From positions 124,001-177,198 of the forward strand of contig JAMDHS010000045.1 in NCBI GenBank assembly GCA_029717555.1: a DNA stretch of 53,198 bases. Reading direction: 5' to 3'. Each line of letters opens with the position of its first letter. Within the stretch, counting starts at the first letter, position 1. Positions 1 through 12,098 of the stretch are shown here, one piece after another. Origin of the DNA: Peribolospora baueri (lineage: Eukaryota). The notes below the pieces were generated by a model. The model did not search any database and was not told where the DNA came from. It saw only the letters and a list, made by a program, of their open reading frames with translations. The position numbers and the translations under genes are program-made.

Positions 1-836
1 CGATCCGGCCCGTGGCATCCATCACGAAGGATCGAAACGGTCGATGAGTCCGAAAGACTTGTCGTTGAAACGCCCCTCCAAAAATGCCGGTTTCCTCCTC
101 GGCCATGTAGCCTACGTGAGCACCGTTCGGTGCTAGGATGGCATATCGATTGGCCTACGAGGTCGGTTCAACAAGAGTCATGCGCGCAACGAGAAAGTCA
201 GTCTGATGGCAGCGAAAGAGAGCACACCTGAGCAGCGCCCTGGCCTCACCTGCTCAAACCCCATGAACACGTTCATCATTTCCAGTTCCCTCGTGACGAC
301 CAGCGCACTATTCCCCAACAGCCGCGACACGCCACCTCCGTCGTCGGACACATCATCGCGTTGCAAGACGCCATCGGGATCATACGGTACAACGACGGGC
401 GTGAGCAATGCGGCGTTGACGGGCGGATCCTGCCGCGAGTCTTGCGACGGATAATAGAAAGGTCGGTCGTGGGAGGCCTGGGCGCCAGAGGCGGAGGAAG
501 ACGGACCAGGTCGACCGGCACCACGAGCTGAGCGCGGGCCTGCACACCCCAATTGCCGGCAAGAACATTCGCCAAGTCAGCCTTGAATCGTAGATCGGAA
601 AGATGCTGTTTGCGGCAGTAAGCTGGGCATTCCCGACAACCAAAAGCCGTCTACCCACCGGTATGTCGTGGGAACCTGGACAAGGCATACGATCTCTGGA
701 GACCCAAACTGAGAGCGGCCGATGAAGGCGGTGGTGGTGCGATGGCAGCCGTCGAACCAGGCGACAGTTGGTGCCCGATGCTTCGCAAGACGGACCCGCT
801 GTGCCGCCCTGCTAGCATCATTCGTGTCGAGAGCAT
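1..836 (-). CDS. AIM25: Phospholipid scramblase family protein (AIM25-like, probably mitochondrial); 3' part runs off the window start
   Basis: Exons 836-659, 539-250 and 154-1 join via GT-AG introns to give MLSTRMMLAGR...LQRSYALSRFPRHTG...LLGNSALVVTRELEMMNVFMGFEQ|ANRYAILAPNGAHVGYMAEEE...QVFRTHRPF. This is the typical scramblase N-terminal motif, preceded by an Arg/Ser-rich presequence-like leader. Confidence 0.85.
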
Positions 837-1194
837 TTCTACACTGCGATTGGCGTCTGCCGAATCGTGCTGACGCCAAACGGGCGCTGGTAAGAAATGG
901 AACACCGACGAAACGCAGCGCCGACCGACCGATCACCATTTTTGGCTGCGCATCTTGACCGCTGACTAAGCTTCCCTGGAATCTTCTCGCCGCAGTCATT
1001 GCAAACCCTAGCCATTGCCTGCAGTGGACGTCAGACGTTTGGGAGGCAGCTCCAGATAGATGCCTGGCGACGCACCACGACTGCCGGCTTTGTTCGCACG
1101 TACGCTCAAGCGGCCTTGTCCCACTTGGACTCAACTCACTCCCCCCCGGGTACCTCCTGTTGCGCCGTCGCCTGCCTCTAGACTTGCCCAAGCG

Positions 1195-2673
1195 ATGCCC
1201 AAGGCCACCGCGCCGTCCAGGCCCCTCAACGGGCTCTTCGCCATCGACAAACCCTCGGGCCCGACATCCATGTCTTTACTCGACCGGCTTAAACCTCTTT
1301 TCTCCGAGTCTCCCCTCTTTCATGACCCCAATGGCGATGCGGGAGGAGGGAGAGGGGGCAAGGGGGGAAGGAGACGCAGGGGCAAGCAGAGGTTCAGGAT
1401 AGGCAACACGCAGCTCAAAATGGGCCAGGGCGGGACGTTGGACCCGTTGGCCAGCGGCGTACTGGGTGAGCTTCGGATATCGAGCGTGTATTTATCTGTT
1501 CTGCTCAGAAGGCCGCGATCCGAGTCTTGTCTACATCTCCCTTTTCGTTCCCCTGTCCCTACAGTCATTGGCGTTGGCGCTGGCACCAAGCAACTCTCCC
1601 GCTTTCTTGACTGTACGAAGGTGAGAGCTCGGAGGTGGGCGGACAAAGAGGGTGCATATCAATCCTATGTACGTATATCTCCTTTTCATTCTAATCACAT
1701 GTCTCATTCTCGCCGCCAGGAATACGTCACCACAGGCCTGTTGGGCTGCTCGACCGATTCCTACGACTCTGAAGGCGCCATAGTCTCTCGCGCCCCCTAC
1801 TCCCACTTGACTCCCGAACCTTCGGGTTCATCACGCCTCCTCTCAGCCCTCCCCTCCTTCCGAGGCCCCATCTCTCAGCTCCCTCCCCTCTACTCCGCCC
1901 TCAAGATGGACGGCAAACCGCTTTTCGAGTACGCGCGAGAGGGAAAGGAGCTTCCGAGGCCGATCGAGAGGAGGAACGTGAGGGTGGACGAACTGGAGTT
2001 AGTCAAATGGGAGAAGGGAGGGGAACACAAGTGGAGTTACCCTGAGAAGGAGTTGGCAGGGGAGGAGAAGAGGACGGTTTGCAAGGCGACCGAACTGGTT
2101 ACCAGGGCGGAGGAGAAGGCCAGCTCTTCGTCTTCCGATCAAGCAGTGGCAGGAGGGACGCCCGTTCCATCGCCTTCTGCACAGTCCGGCGGTGTAGACG
2201 CCGTCGCGGCCCCTACCGCCCAAGCCACAGTCACCGATACGACCTCTCATGACGCGAACACGGACGCAGACGTGCTACCACCAGCCTTCACCCTCCGCAT
2301 GACCGTTTCCTCAGGCACCTACGTTCGCTGCATTGTCCACGACATCGGCGCGGCGATGGGCAGCGCCGCGCACGTCGTCATGCTCCGACGGACGAGGCAG
2401 GGCGAGTTCAGTGTCGCGTCCGAGACCGGGGCCGTCGTCGCCTCAGAGGCCGGGACCGCTGATATTGGGGGAGGAGGCAACTGCATCCCGTGGGACGTCT
2501 TCGAGCGGGCGCTGGCAGAGTTCGAGGAAGAGAAGGCGTCCCGACGAGGTCGGCCGAACAGCATCGGCGCGGACACACGGGGGGAAAGCGCGGAGATGGA
2601 AACGGAAACGGAAGGGGGCGAGAGCCTGAAAGAGTGGGAGAGGATATTGCTCTCCAAGACTGTTTTGGTGTAA
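1195..2673 (+). CDS. PUS4: tRNA pseudouridine(55) synthase (TruB family)
   Basis: Motifs GLFAIDKPSG, KMGQGGTLDPLASGVL (catalytic Asp), PPLYSALKMDGKPLFEYAR and VSSGTYVRCIVHDIG. Introns 1466-1564 and 1621-1719. An in-frame upstream ATG exists at 1060. Confidence 0.93.
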   Translation: MPKATAPSRPLNGLFAIDKPSGPTSMSLLDRLKPLFSESPLFHDPNGDAGGGRGGKGGRRRRGKQRFRIGNTQLKMGQGGTLDPLASGVLGELRISSVYLSVLLRRPRSESCLHLPFRSPVPTVIGVGAGTKQLSRFLDCTKVRARRWADKEGAYQSYVRISPFHSNHMSHSRRQEYVTTGLLGCSTDSYDSEGAIVSRAPYSHLTPEPSGSSRLLSALPSFRGPISQLPPLYSALKMDGKPLFEYAREGKELPRPIERRNVRVDELELVKWEKGGEHKWSYPEKELAGEEKRTVCKATELVTRAEEKASSSSSDQAVAGGTPVPSPSAQSGGVDAVAAPTAQATVTDTTSHDANTDADVLPPAFTLRMTVSSGTYVRCIVHDIGAAMGSAAHVVMLRRTRQGEFSVASETGAVVASEAGTADIGGGGNCIPWDVFERALAEFEEEKASRRGRPNSIGADTRGESAEMETETEGGESLKEWERILLSKTVLV

Positions 2674-3150
2674 TGTTGACGGAGGAAATGTAAAAAAAAA
2701 AGGGCCTCCATTGGTCTAGCGTTCGTGAGGCTCATTTCATTGACGACCGGCGATCGACTCTGCCATCCTTGTGGCGTTCACGCTCATAAGGCGCTATATA
2801 ATAGTGAACGGGTGAAGCCGGGCGAACATACGCACCATTCAGGGACCACAAAAAGACTTCTATCCACATGCTCAGAAAGACAACGACAATGACGACCCCA
2901 GCCCATCCTTTCTTGTCCACCCCATTTCATCCCCGAAGAACGGTCGAACCTAGAAAGCCAATGCCAACGGCGAGACCGTAGCCCGATCGAAGTGGGAGAG
3001 GAGAAATTTCCGCGAAAGCCAGGGAGAAAGGGCCAAGACGCCGGATTCTACAAAGCAAGCGGCGACCAGAGCTTCCCGAGAGACTGCCAGACCTTTCCGT
3101 AATGGACATTCTAGCGCGATCGAGGAAAACGCGGGTTACCTTTAACGGAC

Positions 3151-4903
3151 TCAGAGCAGCGTCTCTCCTGTATTGCGGCATGGTCGAAGGGAGGGGAGAG
3201 GGGGGAAGACAGAAGAGGTGACGCACATGGTATTGAGCACGACGCACGCACGCACGCACGGACATCCCTGGTATTTCCCTCCTCTATCGACGCCTCGAAT
3301 CACTTCGCCACGTGACTCACCCAACGACGAACGAATGAGCGAGCACCCAACCTGTGAAAAGGAAGGAAGAAGCGAGTGATTAGATCGATTCATCAGAACG
3401 CGAACGACGACGACGACGACGACAGTGCAACCAGTAGGCCGGCCAGTCGACCCAACATCCAAAAGTTGAAAAAGAGTCAGCACAAGTGACCAAAACACAC
3501 ACCTTGACGGTCTGAGCGACAGCCTCTGGGTCCTGCAGCGAAGGGTTGACTTCCATGAGGTCCAATCCCACCAACAGACCCGTCTCCGCAATTGCCTCGC
3601 AAATGTAGTGGCCTTCGCGGAAGGTCAGGCCTCCGCGAACCTGTGGGGGCGAAAAAGGATAAGAAAAAAGTTATCGTGAGCAATCGAGCCAAGCCATCCT
3701 CGACAGTATTTTCAAGGGCCCGAGCAGACGGCAAATGTGAGACTTACAGGAGTACCGGTGCTCGGCGCAACAGTAGGATCAAGCGCATCGACGTCGAAGC
3801 TCAAATGAATGGGCCTGTCCCTGCCCGGGTTGACTGCATCGAGGGCCATCTCAACGACCTTGCCGATGCCGTGCTTGTCGACCTCGTGCATGCTGAAGGC
3901 CCTGATTCCATTCTCCTTCAGGATACGCTTCTCCGGAGTGTCCACGTCGCGGAGGCCTATGTAAACCAGTCTGGAGGCGTCGAGAATGGGCTTCTCTTGA
4001 GCCGGCGACGTCAGCCAGGTATTGAACGGTGCCACGGCTGTTCCTTTCAGGCCTAAGAGGAACGAGACGGGGCAGCCGTGCAGGTTGCCGGTGTCCTAGA
4101 GCGGCGTAATAATACACATTACGGTCAGCTCAGCAACATATAGCCGCCGTGCCGGGCTTCATCTCTCGACAATGGCGCTCACCGTCGAGTCTGGAGTATT
4201 GATGTCCGCATGGGCATCGATCCAGATCAGGCATGCGTCCGGATGCTGCCTGAGAACGCCAGAGACGGTGCCCATGGCCTACCAAAACCAGGGAACCACC
4301 AGGACAAAGAGAGCGCAAAGGTAAACGTACAGCGGGAAGATGGTACAAGCGGTCCAAACACTCGACTTGACAACTCACCAAACTGTGATCCCCGCCGAGA
4401 GTGACAGGTAGGCTTCCCTTCTTGGCGTGCTCGTACACCACGTCGCTCACCGCTTTGCACACGCCGCTGACCATCCGGGGGCGCTTTATCTTCCCCACGT
4501 CCGGATCGTCTAAGGCGTTGACCTCCTGAGAATACAAAGGGAGAACATAAGGAGGCCCATGGGAGAGAGCGGTCAGTCGGTGCCATTGTTGTATGCTACC
4601 AATGGCCTCATTGGCGTGCAAAAAAAGACATCATATATAAATCCCACCCCCTCATCCGACCGCCCACATAACAACGTCGCCCAAAGGCCAGAGAAGAAGC
4701 GAAGAACTCACCTCAAACTGATGATGACCATCAAACTCGACGTTCCACCCGAGCTCCTTGATCTGCTCCAACAAGCCTGCCTGCACGAGCTGGATGGGGC
4801 CTTCGTCAACACCCGCCCTGCGCTGGCCTCCAGAGAAGGGACAGCCAACGATGGCTACGGTACGAGGTTGAGAGACGAAACGGTCTGGAGTGGCGGAAGG
4901 CAT
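3151..4903 (-). CDS. CAR1: Arginase
   Basis: Spliced exons give [50 protein letters not shown] and DLMEVNP, ending LGETLL*. Ureohydrolase Mn-binding motifs are intact. Confidence 0.96.
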
Positions 4904-5391
4904 TGTCGCGGGCGGATCGCGGCGGTTGGAGAAAGGCGCAAGCGGATGGGTGGGTAGGCAAATCTAACTTGCAGGGCAGCGACACTGGACAGAGGGACCG
5001 AGAGCAAGGAGGCGATTGCAAAGAGCAAGAGAAGTGGAAAGGGAACTAACGGACAAGGGACGAGCAAAAGAGGGGGAAAATAGTCCTGAGCGGGAAAGTG
5101 GTAGATGGAAGAGGGACGGCGGGGCGGCGAGTTCTATCAGCTGCTCACGGGAGAGTGAGCTCGTGATCAAAGACCGCCCGGAAGACCCGACCCGCTCCGG
5201 CCAGGAATATCATTCCGGCCCGAGTGCGGCCCCGACGGCCCGGTTAGGTGCTTCTGTGCGATAACTCCCCGCAACTTGATCGAGCTCGGATCGGCACTGG
5301 TCGTAATTTTCGGCAACACACATATATCGAGTTTCTACCGTACAGCTGTTGACAGACAAACTTTGACCTACTGGTATACGCGCTGATGGCA

Positions 5392-8300
5392 TCACGAAGA
5401 CCAATCCACCTTCCCCTCGAACCTGCGGTGGGCTTTGCCCAGCGCCCAGATGGTGAAGGAATGCTTGAAGTTAGGGTACGAGATGGCGCAGTTCCTAAGG
5501 TCGAGTGCATCCAAGAGGTAGAGGGGAAAGAGACATGGGAGATACGTCAGTCTATGAGCAGGCCCGAAGTGCGGAAAACAGGACGAGCAAGCGGATGCTC
5601 GACGGACTCAACTTGTTGAAAATTCCCTCGATCGATTCCTGCTCCCACCGTCCATCCGGCCTCTGCCTCGACATGATCAACTTCACACCTTGCTTCACCG
5701 GCTCCGGGTCCGGAAGGCGAGCGTGAAGGAGGGCCAGGACGGCCCACGCCGTTTGGACGACTTGCGAGGTTTCATGTTGGACGTATTCGCCCGTCACGCA
5801 AGACTGCGGGTGAGCCGAACAAGCCGCCGAGCCAGCGGACGGCCGGTGGGAGAGCCGGGGCGGATGGAAAGCGGGTCAGTCAGAGTGTCGCATGCGATGT
5901 GTCTCGACGTCCGGCGCGCACTTCGCTACCCACCTCAAACGTCTCCCCCCATCCCCCATCCTCCTTCTGCTTCCCAATAAGGAACGCACAAGCCCTCCTG
6001 ACGCGCTCGCTGTTCTCAAACGTCTCGCCCGCCAAGGAGAGGCTCTCGAGCGCGAACATGGTCGCGTACGTGAAACATATGCCCCACGAGCCAAACCAGG
6101 AGCCGTCCGGACGTTGGACGCGGTGGATGTACGAGATCGCTCGGCGGGTCACGCGGCTGGAGGTGGATGATGGTCGAGGAAAAGGAAAGGTCATCGAGAA
6201 ATTTCGTATATCAGTGAGCCAAAAGCGTAGCAGGACCAGACCGAAGTACGACATGCATTGAACGGGGCAACTCACTCGATGTCTGCCGAGCGGTAATCGG
6301 GGTACGTTTTCTTGAAAGTGGCCAAGCCGCCAAGGACAGAAGTGGTGCATTCGGGATAACTGAATTCGGTCATGATGTCGCCTGGTTCATCGGTACGCAA
6401 AGGGAGAACGTAAGTCTGCCTGCCTTGTACCAGCTCCGGCGGCAGAGACGCACCGAAGACCTCCGCGGGGTTGATGTACTCCAAAATCTGCGGGCCATTG
6501 ATCGTCTCGTACGACGCGAACCCGCCACCGCTGTTTTGCATGGTGAGCAGGAGATCCACCGTGTCACACAGTCGTTCCTTGGAGACAAGCGTTGGCATTC
6601 CTCTGTGTAGGCGAAGGATAAACGAGTGAGTGAGGTAGACGCGCGGAGGAAAGTGCACGATGACGCGGTGTGGAAATGTCCGGCGACAAGTGACCGACAA
6701 CTCACTCCACGCCTTCTTGTAACGCCAAAACGGCCTTCATACCCTCCGCGGTACAGTCGCTAACAGTGTACCCTTGCTCCTTGGTACTAAACGGCCAAGC
6801 GCCCTTGGTGGCGAACCGATAAGCGTCCTTGTAATGCTTCGGGTTCTCCCTGATCTGGCAGTCGTCGAGCCACTCGAGCGCCCTTCTTGCGCTCCGCTTG
6901 TTCTCTTCGCTCTCGTTCGCCAAGCCACTCTCGACGATAGCTTGGCTGATGAACGCGCAGTCCCAGAGTTGGCTGCCGTTAGTGCCACACATCATCATGC
7001 CTTCTGCGCCGAGCCACAAAAAGTCTTTCAGCTTTTCCACGTGCATCTTGAACGCCTCGCTCTCCGGCCCGTCGGCGTCCCAACGGACAATCATGTTAAG
7101 CATCTTGTTGACCGGTCCCAGGTCCTGGCAGCACGTGTTCTCGTCCTCCATCACCACCAGCTCATACGCCCTGCGGATGCCGTACCGTCGAAGCGGAGGA
7201 AAGAGGCATTGCTCGTAGACGGACAGGGCGCCCATGAGCGTCTCGAGCACCCGGGTGTGTGGCGCGTAGATGTCCACCGCCGCGATATTGTTGCGCTGCG
7301 CCGGCCAATCGATCGTCTCGTACGGCTCGGTGTAGATTTCCTGGACGGGGAGCAACGACGAATCAAAGCAGATGCATGGTGGATACCTGAGCTGCCCATC
7401 GCCTACCAAGTGACATCTCATCTCTCCAAGCGCTGGCTCACCTCACGCAAAGACTCGAGGAGCGGGTCGAGCTCGGCCTTGAATTTCTTGCCGTACAGGT
7501 AGCCCATGGGGATGTACACGTTCCGAGTGTGGATCCACCATCGCCACGGATGGACGGGCACCCAGTCCGGTAGAGCCCTACAAGAACGTACGGCCAGCAG
7601 GTTGAAATTGAATTTAGCCGGGAAAACTGGAGAAGAAAGAGAAGAGATAGGCGGGCGTCGCCGCATTGCCGTGTGACCCTCACCAGAGCTCGGGAGGGAC
7701 CGGGTTGAGACCCTCCCACTCGTAAACGTTCAGGACGGAGAGCCAAAGCTTGGCCCATGAAGGTACAGCTGCGCCGCCGCCTTTGATCGAAGGAGAAGGG
7801 GAGGTAGAGTGGTGAGAACACGTGAAACAGCGACATGCTCCACTGGCTTTGCCACGTCTTCGCATTCTCCCGCAGCTCCATTTCCGCATTAGATCGGCTC
7901 ACCGAACCCATGCATCGTCGCTCGCGCCTTGACCATGAAAGGGTGATCCGCCTCGACGCGTAGCAGCCGGAGAGCGACGTAGTTCATAACAGTGCCGAAC
8001 GCTGTGCTGCGACCCTCGATGTGCCTGGTAAATGCGCGGAAGGGTAAGAGGAAAGTAAAACGACGGCTCGATTAGCATGTAATCACCCATCGAGGACTAA
8101 AGTCCTTTCCCGTGAAGGAACGCGAGAGACCGAGAGAAGACTCACAGCCCCCAGCCGCCATCCGCCTTATTCCTCCTGTTGAATAGATACCTGACGAGCT
8201 CGACCCTCCACTCGTCCGGCACGGGCGTATGGGTGACGTACATGCCGATGACCAGGCCGGGGATTAGGAACATGGGGCCGCCATACTCGCCGGACCAGTG

Positions 8301-8714
8301 GCCGTCGGCGGACTGGAGGCGCTTGTAGAAGGAGAAGCCGTTACTGGCTGCTTCCAGAGGCGTCGTCGGCGTTGGAAGCGGCAGCGAAGGGGGGTCCTGC
8401 GAGAGGGCGACGAGAAGGGCGGTCGGTTAAAAGATGTAGCATGGAGCCGAGGTACCCACCCAGCCGTCCAACCATCCGTCGTCTGTCAGTCAATCTCCCA
8501 GGGCATCGTCCGTTGTTCTCAGTACGGCCCGCGGACGACTCACGAGCTCGAGCCCAAGCCAGTACTTGTCCTCCTCCGTCTGCTTCCACGCCTTTGCCTC
8601 GTCATCGTCGCGGAGATAGCGCCATACGTGCCTTCCGTGATCGACCTCGAGCCTCCAGCGTGAGTAGTCGGTCTGTTCGACCTCGACACTTCCAGCTTGA
8701 TCGGCGTTCGCCAT
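5392..8714 (-). CDS. ERG7: Lanosterol synthase (2,3-oxidosqualene cyclase)
   Basis: N-terminus [13 protein letters not shown], then [25 protein letters not shown], catalytic VSDCTAEG and QW repeats (QRPDGSW, QKEDGGW). C-terminus [23 protein letters not shown]...WSS*. Multiple GT-AG introns. Confidence 0.96.
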
Positions 8715-9501
8715 TCTGAGAGGTGCTTCCGTCTGCGAAAGAGAAGCGGCCCGCTAGCTGGCGCGACGGCGTGGGGAGAGGGCAGGTGTTGGCGAGAGAT
8801 GATGGGATGACGCAAGTCGGACGTGTTTATGTAGTTGCCGCCGACGAGACCGAGGCGAGGGAGATAGATGTACGTCGCGGGTCATCCAAGCCGTGGCCCC
8901 CGTTGGTCCGATCGGCCAGTCGCGCCTTCTCCACCCGCATCGCTCTTTACAGGTAAACATCGTGACGGATTACGGACTACAGCATGCGATGCCCGAGCGC
9001 GGCAAACGTCGTCTTGTGTGCGTTGTCTACAGGACGGCTGTCTACGCCTACACGATGGGCCACCGCCTCGTCGCTCGTTGTCCCTCAGTCAAGTCCAAGT
9101 CCCTCCTTGTGTAAACTCGTCCGGAGCGCGCACGTGCTGAGCTGCGGCAAGTCGTACTCGACCGACCACCTCACACGACGGTGACGCTCGACGAGATTGA
9201 AGGAGGCCGACACCACCAGCTCGTGAGAGCTCTCCGCAGAGTGCTCCTCGGGAACGTTTGCGACGCCGCCAGTTCCTTGCATCTTGCCTCCCCGCCTTGG
9301 ACGACTCGTCGTTCGACGGACGGCGAAAAAGCGCTTCCACCGATCGCGCCGACGCGCTCTTCTTCGAGGACCACTTCGACCCCCTCGCCAACCTCTTCCA
9401 TCCCTCGCTCCTTCCCATTCCATCTCCTTCGTTGCCTGCGTCTCCACGCTTTGAAGGGATAAGGAGGTCATTTTGGTAAAAGTGGTGATAACCGTAGCGC
9501 G

Positions 9502-11937
9502 ATGAGTCGCGACGCGAGCGCCGTCATCCTCGTCTGTGGATCGCATACAATTCGCGCCGGTCTCGGCATCCACGAGCTCTTCCGAAGACCGACAGTGGTG
9601 AGTAGAGTGTTCATCCGAATTCCTCCCAATTCAGAGCGACGCAGCTCCGCATGTTGGATCCGCCTTCTACCTCGCACGGCTCGACACTCACGTCGATGCT
9701 CCGTCTATCGTGCTGTCCGTCGCACCCCTCTGCTTCCCGCCCCTCGTCTTCACCCATTCCCTCCTACAGGAGCTGTCGGCCCGAGTCGGATTGCGCAAAT
9801 CGGCCTTTCCCCCCGCCCTTGCACCATCCAACCCACTCTCTTTCTCCGCGTCAGCCGCTGTCTCTGCCCCTGCGACGCCTGCGCCCGCCGCCAACGGGGA
9901 GGCACCGTCTGCTCCCGCCCCACCTGCAACGCCGCCGAATCCTTCCAATCTCAACTCGAGGCCTCCGGCGTCTGCTTATCTCGTCGGAAAAGATCTCGAC
10001 GAGGCGGAGCAAAATGGCGAGGACCTTGAGATCTCTTGGCCGATGCGCAAGGGGGCGATCGTTAATTGGGAGGGAATGGAAGCGCTTTGGTGAGCTGACG
10101 CTTCGTGCTACCATCATGTCGCACGGGCTGCAGGTCACTTTCATGAGTGCATGGACGCTGATGCGCAGGCCCATGTTTTCACCCAACCGTCCATCCATGT
10201 CTCCATCGCCTTATGGACCCGCCGCCTCGTCGAACGCGCCATACAGGAAGCATCTCCTCTTCCGACTTCTCTCCCTCCACCGCTCCCGAAACGAATCCCA
10301 CGTCATGGTCGTAATTCCCCCCTTCCTTTCCATCGTCACCCACCAACGCATCACCCAAATCTTTTTTGAAAAGTTCAACGTGCCCGGCCTCTGTCTCACC
10401 GAGTCCCCGCTCGTGGAGATGTACGCCGTGGGCACGCTCACCGGCGTTGCCATCGATATCGGGTGGGAAAAGACGGATGTGGTGCCGGTGGTGGATACGA
10501 GCGTGCAGCACCACGCCGGCGTCCGGGTCCACGTGGGCGTCAAGCACATGGACCGGTATCTTGCCCATGTGCTCCGGCAGGATGAGAGCATCGTCAAGGT
10601 GCTTCAGAGCACCCTCATGGACGCTGAGGCGGAGCGAGGTCGGGAGGGCGGCGACAGTGACGCCCTTCAGACCGCCCTGCTTGACCTCGCTCGGCACCTC
10701 AGGATCTCGGGCTACCTCCGCGTCCCTGCCCCCGGTGCCGCGGAGGAGCAAGCGGTCGCAGAGGACGAGGGAACGTTCGACGTGGCGACGGCGTTGGTAC
10801 AGGGAAAGGAGAAGGAGATCATTGCAGGAGGAGCGGCCGCCATACAAGGAGGTCATTCTGCGGACGCAGCGGCAGGCTCCCGAGGCGAGGAAAACAACAA
10901 CGGCTCGCTGCGTCAGGAGGGCGGGAGCACCGAGGTCGGCACCGTGCTAGAATTTCGAGGCCAGAGGATCCGCGTTGGATCCTCGCGCTTCAAGTTTTGG
11001 GAGCCGCTTGTAGACCCGGACCTCTTGCGGTGCCTTGACGGTATGGAGTCGAGCGAGGTCGGCGGTCGGACGTCGGACGTCCAGACGAACGGCACCGGCC
11101 ATGGCGAGGGCGCGCGCGCGAGAGTGGGTAGGGACGCGGTCTTCGCAGAAGAAGATCGGAGGCTCAGTGTGCCGGAGGCGGCATACCTCGCCGTGTCTGC
11201 TTGCGACGTCGAGAAACGACCTTTGCTTTGGGAAAACGTCTTAGTCACCGGTGCGGCGACGGCCATCAAAGGTGAGTCGCCGGAAGATTTGAAAATTTTA
11301 CCTGCCACTTTCTCCATGTCGGTTGCCGACACCTTCTCTCACCCTGTTTCATCGTACCTCTTTCCTCCCTCCACCCCGCCCCCAGGCCTCTCTGCAAGTC
11401 TCCAGCCGGAACTAGCCCGCTTTGTGACCGACCCGACGGACCCGAACATGGCCGAGCTGTCCACCCAGCCGCGCAGCGTACGCCTGCTCAAGGTGCCGGA
11501 CTACTTCGCAGAGTTCAAGGAACGCACCGATCTCGCCGTCTTTTTGGGAGCCACCATCATGGCGAAAGTGAGCTTTGGCGCGTCACGCTCCGTAATGCGC
11601 AGAGATTGTGGCTGGAATTCCGGCCGATCATGCGGCGCGAATGAAAGAAGTTGTTCCCGACACGCTCATCGCATGTCTCTCGTCCTCTTTTGCCTCGTCC
11701 GCTTGTTTCTTCGTTGGCACTGTCATCTCCAGCTCGTCTTCAACGATCCGTTCGCGAAGAACTACGTCTCTAAGACCGACTAGTGAGAACCCTGTCCTTC
11801 GCACCCTCCTCTACCCGGTGATCAGGCGGGGTCGGTTGGAGCGCGCTGACGTCTTTCTCCCTCTTCCTTTGTGCCCGCTCGCTCGCAGCAACACTCACGG
11901 ACCGACGGCGATGACCCGAGTCACCGCGGCCAGCTAA
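9502..11937 (+). CDS. ARP9: Actin-related protein, Arp9-like (SWI/SNF-RSC type)
   Basis: Actin-fold motifs VILVCGSHTIRAG, WPMRKGAIVNWEGMEALW, QIFFEKFNVPG, GVAIDIGWEKTDVVPV, LWENVLVTG, KVPDYFAEFK..AVFLGATIMAK and YVSKTD|YNTHGP. Confidence 0.8.
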
Positions 11938-12066
11938 ATAGCTATGTGAGCTCCTCATCTCGTCTCGTCTCGCTCGAGCGGGTGCGCGTACCCGTTACGG
12001 TAGGTAGTTGGTCAATAGCGCGAGCTGGTCCGCATGCTTTCACTCCCTGTAATCTAGTTCCCCCTT

Positions 12067-12094
<28 letters not shown>
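12067..12094. repeat. Poly-C homopolymer (about 28 nt)
   Basis: Directly visible run of C downstream of the ARP9 stop. Confidence 0.9.

Positions 12095-12098
<4 letters not shown>

Noticed and set aside
41..71. Hammerhead-ribozyme-like string TCGATGAGTCCGAAAGAC...GAAAC
   Set aside because: The core CUGAUGA is not intact, stems I and III are absent, and it is the antisense of conserved scramblase codons (FRTHRPF).
6774..7502. Long antisense ORFs opposite real genes (also 22510-23472, 42606-43811, 10179-10856)
   Set aside because: They mirror GC-rich coding exons on the other strand and show no independent motifs.
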